Source of the DNA: an uncultured Acidobacteriota bacterium
GTDB taxonomy: Bacteria; Acidobacteriota; Thermoanaerobaculia; UBA5066; Gp7-AA6
Direction of reading: 5' to 3'
Assembly (NCBI GenBank): GCA_963738945.1
Contig: CAVTYD010000003.1
Coordinates: 302,114 to 366,113, forward strand
Length of the DNA stretch: 64,000 bases
Shown here piece by piece: positions 1 through 9,491 of the stretch. How positions within the stretch are numbered: the first letter of the stretch is position 1; each line of letters starts with the position of its first letter. Made by a program: the position numbers and the translations under genes. Below the pieces are notes generated by a model. That model had not been told where the DNA came from and made no database searches. It saw only the letters and a list, made by a program, of their open reading frames with translations.

Positions 1-1
1 G

Positions 2-718
2 TATCTCTGGTGGTTCGCCAACGTCGTTATCGTTCTTCTCTGGGCTCCCTTCATGGGGCTGTTCCGTCTCGTCACCCGCCACGCCGACCCCGGCCGGCAC
101 CGCATCGGCCGGATCCTGCGCAACGCCGGCGTCGTCGGCATCCGCCTGAATCCCTTCTGGAACTTCCGCGTCGTGGACTCGGTTCACCCGGACGCCCGCC
201 GACCATATCTCTTCGTCTCGAACCATCGCTCCATGGCCGACGTCTGGCTCTTCTCGATGCTCCCGTGGGAGATGAAGTTTCTGTCGAAGGAGTCGGTGTT
301 CAAGATCCCGGTGCTCGGCTGGGAGATGAGGCTCGCCGGCGACATTCCCCTCGCGCGCGGTGATCGGGGAAGCGCCCGACGCGCGATGCTCGACATGCGC
401 CAGCGCCTGCTCGACCACAGCTCGGTCGTCGTCTTCCCGGAGGGCACACGGAGCGTGGACGGAAGCCTCGGACCGTTCCGCGAGGGTGCCTTCCGGCTCG
501 CGATCGACCTCGGCGTCGACATCGTTCCGCTCGCCGTCTCCGGGACCGAGACGGCGCTGCCCAAGCACTCGATGGTCTTTCAGCGCACGACGGCCACGGT
601 CGAGGTCCTGCCGCCCGTCTCCGTCGCCGGCCTCACCGCCGCGGACGCCGCGGCCCTGGCCGCCCGCGTTCGCGACGACATCGCCCGGGCGCTGCATCTC
701 GAGGCGAAGGCGTCGTGA
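2..718 (+). CDS. 1-acyl-sn-glycerol-3-phosphate (lysophospholipid) acyltransferase, PlsC family; 5' partial
   Basis: The frame is open from the window edge. NHRSMADVW (NHxxxxD) and VVFPEGTRS (FPEGTR) acyltransferase motifs are present. The stop overlaps the next gene's GTG start. Confidence 0.8.
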   Translation, partial: YLWWFANVVIVLLWAPFMGLFRLVTRHADPGRHRIGRILRNAGVVGIRLNPFWNFRVVDSVHPDARRPYLFVSNHRSMADVWLFSMLPWEMKFLSKESVFKIPVLGWEMRLAGDIPLARGDRGSARRAMLDMRQRLLDHSSVVVFPEGTRSVDGSLGPFREGAFRLAIDLGVDIVPLAVSGTETALPKHSMVFQRTTATVEVLPPVSVAGLTAADAAALAARVRDDIARALHLEAKAS

Positions 719-1680
719 ACGAACCGAGCATGGCGCTCGTCCTCGAGGCGCGGCGAGCGCTCGCGGGGCGCATTCGCTCGACACCGCTCGAAGAGTCGCT
801 GCCCCTCTCCGAGACGGCCGGCGCACCGGTTTTTCTCAAGCTCGAGTGTCTGCAGCGGACCGGCTCCTTCAAGATTCGCGGCGCGCTCTTCGTGATGTCG
901 CGCCTCGACGCGGACGCGCGCCGGCGCGGCGTCGTGACGTGCTCGGCCGGAAATCACGGCAAGGCCGTGGCCGCGGTCGCGCGGGAGCTCGCCATCCCGG
1001 CCGAGATCCACGTGCCCCGAGGCGTGGACGAATCGAAGTATCGGGGGATGCTCGCCCTCGGCGCACGGGTCGTGCGGTCGGAGGTCGACGGCTTCGACGA
1101 GACCGAGCGGGTCGCGAAGGCCGAGGCCGAGCGCACCGGAAGGCCGTTCCTGACGGCGTTCGACGACCCGCTCATCCTCGCGGCCAACGGCGGAACCCTC
1201 GCGGCCGAGGTCCTCGAAGACGGACCGGCCGCGCGAATCTTCCTGCTTCCCGTCGGAGGAGCGGGGCTGGCCGGCGGATTCGCCGTCTACGCGAAGACGG
1301 CGCTGCCCGAGAGCCGCATCATCGGATGCCAGCACGTCCTCTCCCCGGCGCTCGCCCTGTCGCTCGAGCGCGGCGAGGCCGTCCTGACGCTGCCCCCGGT
1401 CGCGACGGCGGCCGGCGGACTCGAAGGCGGCATCGGTCGCACGGGCTTCGAGGCGCTGCGGCACCGCGTCGACGGCGTGGCGCTGCTGACGGAGGAGGAG
1501 ATCTTCGAGGCGGTGCGCTTCATGCTCGACCGGCATCAGTACCTGATCGAGCCGTCGTCGGCCGTGACGGTCGCGGCCATCCTGACGGGCAAGGCGGGCC
1601 GCCTCGATGCGCCGGCGGTCGCCGTCATCTCGGGCCGGAACGTCGCGATGCCGACGCTTCGCCGCATCCTCGCTTCATGA
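715..1680 (+). CDS. PLP-dependent threonine/serine dehydratase-family enzyme (fold type II)
   Basis: The RTGSFKIRGA PLP-lysine motif and the glycine-rich loop GGAGLAGG are present. Length is 321 aa. It is start/stop-coupled to the upstream and downstream genes. Confidence 0.75.
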   Translation: MNEPSMALVLEARRALAGRIRSTPLEESLPLSETAGAPVFLKLECLQRTGSFKIRGALFVMSRLDADARRRGVVTCSAGNHGKAVAAVARELAIPAEIHVPRGVDESKYRGMLALGARVVRSEVDGFDETERVAKAEAERTGRPFLTAFDDPLILAANGGTLAAEVLEDGPAARIFLLPVGGAGLAGGFAVYAKTALPESRIIGCQHVLSPALALSLERGEAVLTLPPVATAAGGLEGGIGRTGFEALRHRVDGVALLTEEEIFEAVRFMLDRHQYLIEPSSAVTVAAILTGKAGRLDAPAVAVISGRNVAMPTLRRILAS

Positions 1681-2603
1681 AGATCATCGGACAGGACGAG
1701 ATCCGCCGGTCGGTGTCCCGCTCCGCGGCGATCGCCGCGATGCGCGAGGCCGTGCTCGCGCAGGCCCGCGGCGACTGCGACACGCCGATGCCGATGCACC
1801 TCGATCTCTCGTCCGGCGGGGGCGGCGAGGTCCACATCAAGTCGAGCTACCGCCGGCGAGGCCCGCACTTCGCGCTGAAGGCCGCGGGAACCTACGTTCG
1901 ACGCCCCTACGGCTCGATCGTCCTCGTCTCGGTCGAGACCGGTGAAACCGTCGCATACTTCGACGATGGCGGATATCTGACGGACCTGCGTACGGCTGCC
2001 GTCGCGGCGATGGTTTCCCGCGAGCTCGGAAGGAGCGACTCCGAGCTCGGGATCCTCGGGACCGGCGTCCAGGCCCGCCTGCAGGCGGCGCTCCACGCGG
2101 AGGTCCTTCCGCTCTCCCGGATCCACGTCTGGGGCCGAAGCCCCGAGCGCGCGGCGGCCTGCGTCCGCGAGATCGGCGTCCTCCTGCCGGGAATCCGGGT
2201 GGTCGCGGCCGACTCGCCGGCCGATGTGGCCGCGAGCGCGGCGCTGATCGTGACCGCGACGGCCGCGCGCGAGCCCCTCCTGCGGCTCTCCGACCTGCGG
2301 CCGGGCACGCACGTGTCGGCGGTCGGCGCGGACACCCCCGGAAAGCAGGAGCTCGACGCCGGGATCCTCCGCCGCGCCTCGCTCCTGCTCGTCGATTCGC
2401 TCTCCCAGTGCGCGAAGCTCGGCGAGCTGCAGCACGCGCCCTCCGAGAAGGCGCGCGCCGTCGAGATCGGCGCCTTCTGCGAGACGCCGTCGGAATACGA
2501 CCGCGCCGGGATCACCGTGGCCGACTTCACCGGGCTCGGCGCCGAGGACCTCTTCATCGCCGAGGCCTGCGCGGCGAGCCTCGAGCCCGGGAGCACACCG
2601 TGA
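1678..2603 (+). CDS. Ornithine cyclodeaminase / mu-crystallin family NAD(P)-dependent enzyme
   Basis: The protein is 308 aa. The ILGTGVQA Rossmann motif is present and there is OCD-family similarity throughout. The ATG at 1678 overlaps the dehydratase stop (ATGA). Confidence 0.75.
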
Positions 2604-2640
2604 ACCGGCCGAGCCGCCGCCGCCACGGGAGGCCGGCCGC

Positions 2641-3024
2641 ATGAGCCGCTTCCTCTGGATCTGCGGGGCCGGCGCGGTCGGAACCGGAGCGCGTTACCTG
2701 ATCTCCGGCTGGGCGCTCGAGGCGCTCGGCGCGAGCTTTCCCTATGGCACGCTCGCGGTCAACGTCCTCGGCTCCTTCGCGATCGGGCTCGTCATGCAGA
2801 TCGGTCTCGCGACGCCGCTGCTCTCGCCGACGCTTCGGATGACGCTGACGACGGGATTTCTCGGCGGCTTCACGACGTACTCGAGCTTCAACTACGAGAC
2901 GATCCGGTACGTCCAGGACGGAGCGTGGAAGCTCGCCGCCGGCAACGTGGCGATCACGCTCGCGGCCTGTCTCGCCGCGGGCTTCGGAGGCATCGCTCTC
3001 GGCCGCTGGCTCTTCGGAGGGTAG
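2641..3024 (+). CDS. crcB: Fluoride ion channel CrcB/Fluc
   Basis: The protein is 127 aa with 4 TM helices. It has the CrcB GxxxGxxRY-like N-terminus and the conserved TTGFLGGFTTYSSF segment. Confidence 0.85.
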   Translation: MSRFLWICGAGAVGTGARYLISGWALEALGASFPYGTLAVNVLGSFAIGLVMQIGLATPLLSPTLRMTLTTGFLGGFTTYSSFNYETIRYVQDGAWKLAAGNVAITLAACLAAGFGGIALGRWLFGG

Positions 3025-3028
3025 CCCC

Positions 3029-3388
3029 ATGCGCATCCTCGACGGCGAACAGGTCCTCGTACGCATCTTCATCGGCGAGTCCGACCGGTGGCACCATCAG
3101 CCGCTGTGGATGGCGCTGCTCCAGCGCCTGCGCAAGGACGGGTACGCCGGCGCCACCGTCTTCCGGGGAATCGGAGGCTTCGGAGCCCGCAGCGTCGTCC
3201 ACACGACGCTGCTCGAGCGCCTCTCGCAGGATCTGCCTCTCGTCGTCGAAATCGTGGACACCTCCGAGCACGTCGAGCGGCTCCTGCCCATCCTCGACGA
3301 GATGGTCACGGAGGGACTCGTCACGATCGAGAAGGCGCGGGTCCTGAAGTACTCGCCGGGAAAGCGCCCGCTCGACCCGCCCGCGTAG
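3029..3388 (+). CDS. DUF190 (PII-like) protein, commonly co-encoded with crcB
   Basis: The protein is 119 aa. It has DUF190-like sequence (FRGIGGFG) and lies 4 nt downstream of crcB. Confidence 0.7.
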   Translation: MRILDGEQVLVRIFIGESDRWHHQPLWMALLQRLRKDGYAGATVFRGIGGFGARSVVHTTLLERLSQDLPLVVEIVDTSEHVERLLPILDEMVTEGLVTIEKARVLKYSPGKRPLDPPA

Positions 3389-3394
3389 CGGCGG

Positions 3395-4513
3395 TCAGGG
3401 CCTCTTCGCGCTCGCCGCCGGGACCGCGAGCGAGCGCCGCAGCAGGACCGCCACTTTGACGGTCTCCTCGCCGCGGCGCACCGTGAACTGCGCCGCGTCG
3501 CCCCAGCGCTTTCCCGCCACGAGCCTCGAGAGCGTCGCCCGATCGGAAAGCTCGGTCCCGTCCATCGTCAGGAGGACGTCTCCGACCCGGAAGCCGGCGG
3601 CGGCCGCCGGGGTGTCTTTCTCGACGTCGAGAACCTCGAGCCTCTGGTCGTCGGGACGCGTGTGGGTGGCGAGGCCGAGGTCCGGATAGAGCGAGCCCGT
3701 CTCGGGAGGGATTCCCCACACGAAGTTCGCGTAGGACGCCTGGACCGCGCGGACCGGCCCGGTCTTCTCGTCCTCCACAGGAACCGGTATCACGGAGGCG
3801 ATCCGCCCCGGAAACCACTGCCGCGCCTGCCGCTCGATGCCGAGACCATACTGGACGTGGCCCGCGCCGACGAGAACCACCATGACCGATTTCGGGTCCG
3901 CATCCTTGCCGAGGGCGGCGAGGGCGTTCCAGGCCATGGTGGCGTCCCACGTACACTGGGCATTCAGCATCGCCTGCCACTGCTCGTCGCTGCCGCCCGA
4001 GTGAAAGCTCGACTCGGCGAACTCCGCCTTGAAGAGACGCAGGTGATCGGCGCTCTTCGTGTCGATCTGCGTCGGGATGTGCGCGGCCTCTTCCGGCGTC
4101 AGGCCCTGAAACCCCTTCTGCCGCACGGCGGAGACGACCTCGCGCGGAGCGTTGACCGCGAACATGCGCAGGCGATGGTCCCGCGCGAAGAGAAAGATGT
4201 CGCGGTAGTAGAGCCAGTTGTAGCCCCAGTTCCTGTACCAGCGCGAGCCGTCGAGAAACGCGTCTTCCGACAGCTTCCCGGCGGTCCAGTCGTCGAGCCA
4301 GCGCTGCTCGGGGTACGGATACATCTCCAGTCCCACCAGCACGCTCCGCCCCTCGCGCTGGAGCTCTTCGAGAACGCGGAGCTCGACGCGGTGGGTGCCG
4401 ATCTCCGTGTGTCCTTCGCCGACGAGGAGGAAGCGCGCGTCCGCGAGGCGCGCCGGAAGGTCCGAGGGCGTGAGCAAATCGCCCGTCGCCGTGTCGGTGA
4501 CGGCGTCGAGCAC
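3395..4513 (-). CDS. ChaN/Tiki-family (haem-binding uptake-like) protein with C-terminal PDZ domain; true start probably upstream (to ~4630)
   Basis: The ChaN-like region includes LLVGEGHTE and YRNWGYNWLYY. The PDZ region includes GFRVGDVLLTMDG. In-frame upstream codons encode a signal-peptide-like RILRGALAAALLAAPLLGQD, with no ATG, GTG or TTG start available. Confidence 0.6.
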   Translation of the reverse strand: MLDAVTDTATGDLLTPSDLPARLADARFLLVGEGHTEIGTHRVELRVLEELQREGRSVLVGLEMYPYPEQRWLDDWTAGKLSEDAFLDGSRWYRNWGYNWLYYRDIFLFARDHRLRMFAVNAPREVVSAVRQKGFQGLTPEEAAHIPTQIDTKSADHLRLFKAEFAESSFHSGGSDEQWQAMLNAQCTWDATMAWNALAALGKDADPKSVMVVLVGAGHVQYGLGIERQARQWFPGRIASVIPVPVEDEKTGPVRAVQASYANFVWGIPPETGSLYPDLGLATHTRPDDQRLEVLDVEKDTPAAAAGFRVGDVLLTMDGTELSDRATLSRLVAGKRWGDAAQFTVRRGEETVKVAVLLRRSLAVPAASAKRP

Positions 4514-4626
4514 CAGCGGGACCTCGCGGTCCTTGCGCGCCGCATCGCCGATCGGCAGCCGAAGGAGGTCCTGGCCGAGAAGCGGCGCCGCGAGGAGTGC
4601 CGCGGCCAGCGCCCCGCGAAGGATTC

Positions 4627-6684
4627 TCAGGGCTTCCAGGGCGCGATCGACACGACCTCGACCGGCCCTTCCGAAAGGTTCAACCGATCGCCCGGGTGGG
4701 AGCCGAGCAGGCGTTCGGCGAATTCCGACTGGTACGAGTAGATCCCTTCCTCGGGCTTCGAGTCCCAGGGTCCCAGGATCGTCGCATCGCGCTCGGCCCC
4801 GGAGGAAGCCCGCAGGCGCACGCGGGTCCCCACGCGAACCTCCGACGAATCGATTTTCGTCGGATCGAGCGCCCGCGACCGGGACAGCTCGTCCGCCAGC
4901 TGGGCGATGCGCGCCGACAGATATTCGTGCTTCTGCCGGGCGGCGTGATACTCGAAATTCTCCCGGAGGTCGCCGTGCTCTTTCGCGGTCTTCATCGCGA
5001 TCGCGTTGGCCGGAAGCTCGACCTGCTTCAGGTGAATGACCTCCTGACGCTTCGCCTCGATCGCCTCGGCCGTCGCGTAGAGGTACTCACGGGCCGGCGC
5101 CCGCAGCTCCGGGAACTTCATCAGCAGCGCTTCGCGCACGGTCGCGCGCCGGTGCTCCTCGAGCCCGGCCACCCGGTCGAGCGCGTGCAGCATCTCGCGG
5201 GCCTCCTCTTCCGATCCCGCGGCCCGGACGAGCGCGACCGCGAATCCCCCCGGCTCGAAGAATTCCTTGAGCCGCGCCCGGAGGCCCGAGAACTCGTCCA
5301 TCCGGAGCGCGTCGGTCAAGGCGAAGAACAGGACGCCCGACTCGGGCGGACCGTCGGCATGGGCCTTTTCGCACAGCCAGACGAAGGCGCGGGGCGCCGA
5401 ACGCGGCGAGCGGAGGATCCGGCGCGACAGATCGGCGGCCCGGTCGCCGAGCGCGTCGAAGAGGGCCGTCAGGACTCTCGAGTCCTCCTCGCGGCCGATC
5501 TGGTCGATGAAAATCTCGGCCCAATTGGGGCGGCTCTCGCGGACCGCGAGGAGCGCCCGCTCGCGCGCCCCCTGGTCGCGGATCTCCCCGAGGACGCGGC
5601 CGGCATCCGATGCCGCGAGCAGCGACGCCGCCGGGTAGGCCTCGGGCTCACCCGGCGCGAGACGCAGCGCCGCCTGCGAGAGCTCCCAGGCGAGGGCCGG
5701 CCGCGCCGAGCCGATCCGGCGCGCATCCTCGGCGAGCGCCGCGGCGAAGTAGGCCGCCAGGTCCTTCGAGCGCTTCGCGTGCTTGCGCGCGAGATCGATG
5801 CGCGCGGCCGGTTCGGCCTTGAGAAACGCCCGCTTGACGGTCTCCTCGGCCGCGTCGGCGCTCTCGCTCCAGCTGACCGAGGCCGACTTCGAGCTTCCCG
5901 AGACCAGGACCTGGCGGTTCTTGCGCGCCGCCGTCCAGAAGGCGCTCCAACGATCCTCGGGAACGACGCCCGCGAAGTGATCCTTGACCTCCTGCAGCGT
6001 CAACGCCCGGCCGAAGCTCGAGATCAGGAGGTGCAGGGCCTCCGAGGGTTCATTCTCCGCGAGCCCCGCCAGGCCCGGTCCGTCCTCGACCTTGCGGCGC
6101 AGGAAGTGGGCCTCCGGCAGCGGCACGAGGTTCTTCTCCGCCGAGACCAGCGAGAGCGGGACCTTGACGCCGCCGACCTCGAGCCTCATGACGTCGAGGG
6201 CCGGATTCATCTCGACCAGCCGTCCCGCGCCCCGGCCGGGCATGAAGTAGATCGCATTCGGCTCGAAGGACAGCCAGCGCGCGATGCGGCCCGCGACCTC
6301 CGAGGGATCCGGTGCCTTGTCGAGGGGAAACTTCGCGAGGACGGCGGAAAGCGCCGGGTGCCCGGCGAACCGGTTCTTCAGGGTGGCCGTCAGCTCCTTG
6401 CGCACCGCGGTGTCGGATGGAGACATCCGCGCGATCTCGAGAAGGACGCGCGTCCGCGAGGAGCTGTCGGCGACGTCGTGAAACTCGGCGAGCGAGCGCA
6501 GCCAGGCGATGGCCTGCGCGCCGCCCCCCTTCTTCTTCGCCCCGGCCGCGATGCCGAAGAAGAACGACAGGTCGTCCGCGTTCTCCTCCATGTGTTTGGT
6601 CCAGACCGCCCCGAGGGCGTCGAACTTCTTCGAATCGATCAGGGCCTGGACGTCGTCGGGCAGCGATTCGGGCACTTGGGACAT
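4627..6684 (-). CDS. GreA/GreB-family transcription elongation factor homolog with ~500-aa N-terminal helical extension
   Basis: The C-terminal ~160 aa match the GreA coiled-coil plus FKBP-like domain (KTAKEHGDLRENFEYHAARQ, VRVGTRVRL). The N-terminal ~500 aa have no recognisable family. Confidence 0.65.
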   Translation of the reverse strand: MSQVPESLPDDVQALIDSKKFDALGAVWTKHMEENADDLSFFFGIAAGAKKKGGGAQAIAWLRSLAEFHDVADSSSRTRVLLEIARMSPSDTAVRKELTATLKNRFAGHPALSAVLAKFPLDKAPDPSEVAGRIARWLSFEPNAIYFMPGRGAGRLVEMNPALDVMRLEVGGVKVPLSLVSAEKNLVPLPEAHFLRRKVEDGPGLAGLAENEPSEALHLLISSFGRALTLQEVKDHFAGVVPEDRWSAFWTAARKNRQVLVSGSSKSASVSWSESADAAEETVKRAFLKAEPAARIDLARKHAKRSKDLAAYFAAALAEDARRIGSARPALAWELSQAALRLAPGEPEAYPAASLLAASDAGRVLGEIRDQGARERALLAVRESRPNWAEIFIDQIGREEDSRVLTALFDALGDRAADLSRRILRSPRSAPRAFVWLCEKAHADGPPESGVLFFALTDALRMDEFSGLRARLKEFFEPGGFAVALVRAAGSEEEAREMLHALDRVAGLEEHRRATVREALLMKFPELRAPAREYLYATAEAIEAKRQEVIHLKQVELPANAIAMKTAKEHGDLRENFEYHAARQKHEYLSARIAQLADELSRSRALDPTKIDSSEVRVGTRVRLRASSGAERDATILGPWDSKPEEGIYSYQSEFAERLLGSHPGDRLNLSEGPVEVVSIAPWKP

Positions 6685-6706
6685 GAGCCGGAGATACTAG
6701 CAGGGA

Positions 6707-7810
6707 TCAGCGGACGTCCACCGCCGCCTCCCGGACGAACTCGGGCCTGGGGGTGATCCCGAGGCCCGGGCGATCCGGCGCGGCCAGACGGCCTTCCCGG
6801 CGCTGCGGCGCCCCGTCGGCCGTCGAGACCGTGACGTAGCTGTTGAAGTCCGTGGACGTGAAGAGCAGCTCCGGCGGCGTCGAGTGTGCGAGGTGCGCGA
6901 TCGCCGCGGTCGTGACGTCGCCGCCCCAGGAATCCTCGATCGTCATCGCGATGCCGAGCGACGCGCAGAGGTCGCGTGCCTGGCGGGCGCGCGTGAGGCC
7001 GCCGAACTTCGAGATCTTGATGTTCACCACGTCCATCGCCCCGTCCCCGGCGGCGCGGAGAAGGATTCCGATCCCGTCGATCGTCTCGTCGAGGACGAAG
7101 GGATGATCCGTGCGCCGGCGGATCGAGAGGCACTCCTCGTAGCTCGCGCAGGGCTGCTCGATGTACACGTCCACGTCGCGCACGGCGCGCACGACCCGCG
7201 CGGCCTGATGCGGAAGCCAGCCCGTGTTGGCGTCGGCCACGAGCACGTCGCCCGGGTCGAGGACCGAGCGCACGGCGCGGATGCGCGCGACGTCCACGTC
7301 GGGATCGCCCCCCACCTTGAGCTGGAAGCGCCGGTAGCCTTCGGCGCGGTATCCGGAGACGCGCCGGGCCATCGCGTCCGGCGATTCCTGCGAGATCGCG
7401 CGATAGAGCGGGAAGTCCTCGCCGTAGCGCCCGCCGAGCAGCGTCGCAACCGGCAAGCCCGCCGCCTGTCCGAGGATGTCCCAGCACGCGATGTCGATTC
7501 CGGACTTCACGTAGGGGTGGCCCTTCAGCAAAGCGTCCATCCGGCGGTTGAGCCGCTCGAGGTCCCGCGGGTCTTCGCCGATCAACGTCGGTCCGAGGAC
7601 CGCGAGCCCGGCCCGCACGCCCTCGGCATAGGCGGGCAGGTACGCGGGGCCGAGCGGACAGACTTCGCCGTGGCCGACGATTCCGTCGTCGGTCTCGACG
7701 CGCACGAGCGTGCTGTCGAAAATCGCGACGGACTTGCCTCCCGACCACTGGTAGCTGCCCTCGTGGAGGGGCAGCGCGACCGGGAAGGCGGCGATGCGCC
7801 GGATCTTCAT
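6707..7810 (-). CDS. Enolase-superfamily enzyme (mandelate racemase/muconate lactonizing enzyme family; possibly dipeptide epimerase or hydroxyproline dehydratase-like)
   Basis: The fold is MR/MLE and the protein has the KVG and DANTGW metal-ligand region. An internal ATG at 7810 (MKIRRIAAF) is preferred over the ORF start at 7876. Confidence 0.7.
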   Translation of the reverse strand: MKIRRIAAFPVALPLHEGSYQWSGGKSVAIFDSTLVRVETDDGIVGHGEVCPLGPAYLPAYAEGVRAGLAVLGPTLIGEDPRDLERLNRRMDALLKGHPYVKSGIDIACWDILGQAAGLPVATLLGGRYGEDFPLYRAISQESPDAMARRVSGYRAEGYRRFQLKVGGDPDVDVARIRAVRSVLDPGDVLVADANTGWLPHQAARVVRAVRDVDVYIEQPCASYEECLSIRRRTDHPFVLDETIDGIGILLRAAGDGAMDVVNIKISKFGGLTRARQARDLCASLGIAMTIEDSWGGDVTTAAIAHLAHSTPPELLFTSTDFNSYVTVSTADGAPQRREGRLAAPDRPGLGITPRPEFVREAAVDVR

Positions 7811-7857
7811 GGGTGGGGACTGTAACGGATCCGGCCCCCTGCTACTATCCGCGCAAC

Positions 7858-8733
7858 GTGCCGGGCGCCAAGACACTGCTGTTCCTCGCGCTCTCGATCG
7901 TGACGCTCGTCTTCTTCGTCGCCTGGGTCCGCTCCGCGCGGAAAAAGAACGAGGCCGCGCAGCCCGGGCCCATGGCGCTGGCGATCGGGTTCATCACGAA
8001 TTTCTTCGACACGCTCGGCATCGGCTCCTTTGCTCCGACGACGAGCATCTGGAAGCTCAAGGGCATCGTGCCCGACGAGAAGATACCCGGGACCCTCAAC
8101 GTCGGCCACGCGCCGCCGACGATCGTGCAGGCCTTCATCTTCATCGCGATCGTCGAGGTCGAGATGCCCACGCTCGTCGGGATGATCGCCGCGTCGGTGG
8201 CCGGCGCGTGGCTCGGCGCGGGCGTCGTCGCGGCCTGGTCGCGCCGGAAGGTGCAGCTCGGCATGGGCCTCGCCCTGCTCGCGGCGGCGACGTTCTTCGC
8301 GATGACCAACCTCGGCCTCTTTCCCGCCGGAGGCGAGACGCTGGGCCTGCGCTCGCCGTGGCTCTGGATCGGCATCGCCGGCAATTTCGTCCTCGGCGCG
8401 CTCATGACGCTCGGCATCGGCCTCTATGCGCCGTGCATGATCCTGATCGCGCTGCTCGGAATGAACCCGCGAGCGGCCTTTCCGATCATGATGGGCTCCT
8501 GCGCCTTCCTGATGCCGATCGGGGGACTGCGCTTCGTCGAAAAGGGCAGCTATAGCCTGAGGGCCGCGGTCGGGCTGGCGATCGGGGGCATCCCGGCGGT
8601 CCTGCTGGCCGCCTACGTCGTCAAGACCCTGCCCCTGACGGCACTCCGGTGGCTCGTCTTCGCGGTCGTTCTCTATACCTCGGCCGCGATGCTGCGATCG
8701 GCGCGGCGAAGAGAGGCCGGCGCGGTTCCCTAG
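7858..8733 (+). CDS. Sulfite exporter TauE/SafE family (DUF81) membrane protein
   Basis: There are about 8 TM helices with two internal repeats of the DUF81 type. A GTG start at 7858 is preferred, but the ORF opens at 7813. Confidence 0.6.
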   Translation: MPGAKTLLFLALSIVTLVFFVAWVRSARKKNEAAQPGPMALAIGFITNFFDTLGIGSFAPTTSIWKLKGIVPDEKIPGTLNVGHAPPTIVQAFIFIAIVEVEMPTLVGMIAASVAGAWLGAGVVAAWSRRKVQLGMGLALLAAATFFAMTNLGLFPAGGETLGLRSPWLWIGIAGNFVLGALMTLGIGLYAPCMILIALLGMNPRAAFPIMMGSCAFLMPIGGLRFVEKGSYSLRAAVGLAIGGIPAVLLAAYVVKTLPLTALRWLVFAVVLYTSAAMLRSARRREAGAVP

Positions 8734-8870
8734 AGGACGCCGCTTTCGCCGGTTTTTCTCCGAATTCGGCCGTTCCCGTCATATTCTTCGCGGCAGGAAG
8801 AGATGTCTCGGTCCGACTGCCCGGAAGCCTTCCAGGCGGGACGAGTCCTCGCACTTCCGGGAGGATCTCG

Positions 8871-9488
8871 ATGCGTTTCCGTCCGACCCTCGTCGTCTGC
8901 ACGCTCGCGGCCCTGCTCTCGGCCGCGGCGGCCTGCAAGAAGGGCGGCGCCAGCGCTCCGGCGGCGGCCACGCCCGCCGCGACGCCCAATGCGGCGGCCA
9001 GCGCAGCGGCGGCTCAGGATCTGTTCAAAGCGATGAAGCTGCAGGCGAGCCTGAACGACACGACCGCCGCGATGATCGACTCCGAGATCAGCCGCAACCC
9101 CGGCCTGACGCCCTATCGCGACGTGATGCTCGAATGGCTCCGCAAGTACATGACGTGGGACGCGATGCTTCCCGAGCTCACGAAGATGTACACCGAGTCG
9201 TTCAGCGAGGCGGAGCTCAAGCAGATGGCCGCGTTCTACGGATCGCCGGCCGGCCAGAAGGCGCTCGAGAAGATGCCCGAGATGATGCAGCGCACGGCGA
9301 TGGCAGGCGCGAAAATCTCGCAGCCCCACACCGACGAGCTCCGTGCTTCGATGGCCACGCGCAACGAGGCTTTGAAGAAGGAGGCCGAGGGCGCCGGCGG
9401 CGGTGCCCCGGGCCGCGGAGCTCCCGGTCCGGGAAGGGCTCCCGCTCGGCCGCAGGGCGCCGCGCCGAGGCCCGCGCCGACTCCGTAG
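8871..9488 (+). CDS. DUF2059 domain lipoprotein
   Basis: A GGAGG ribosome-binding site precedes the ATG at 8871. There is a signal peptide plus lipobox (LLSAAAAC), and the core looks like DUF2059. Confidence 0.55.
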   Translation: MRFRPTLVVCTLAALLSAAAACKKGGASAPAAATPAATPNAAASAAAAQDLFKAMKLQASLNDTTAAMIDSEISRNPGLTPYRDVMLEWLRKYMTWDAMLPELTKMYTESFSEAELKQMAAFYGSPAGQKALEKMPEMMQRTAMAGAKISQPHTDELRASMATRNEALKKEAEGAGGGAPGRGAPGPGRAPARPQGAAPRPAPTP

Positions 9489-9491
9489 GCC

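Noticed and set aside
360-2603. Very long ORFs rich in R/P/G/A on alternate frames or strands, e.g. 360..2603 N-terminal part, 1536..2642(−), 4597..6756, 16451..19306, 19129..21288, 25286..27715(−), 56663..58807
   Set aside because: They overlap well-supported genes in another frame. Their composition is typical of stop-codon depletion in ~70% GC DNA and shows no family motifs.
2540-2640. Fluoride riboswitch (crcB motif) upstream of crcB
   Set aside because: Only 37 nt separate the OCD stop from crcB. No GGCGATGG...CTGATGG-like conserved cores are visible, so crcB is probably co-transcribed with upstream genes.
8734-8870. 8-bp inverted repeat CCCGGAAG...CTTCCGGG with 26-nt loop upstream of DUF2059 gene as a riboswitch or attenuator
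   Set aside because: The stem is short and the loop is long. There is no conserved motif, so it is no better than chance in GC-rich DNA.
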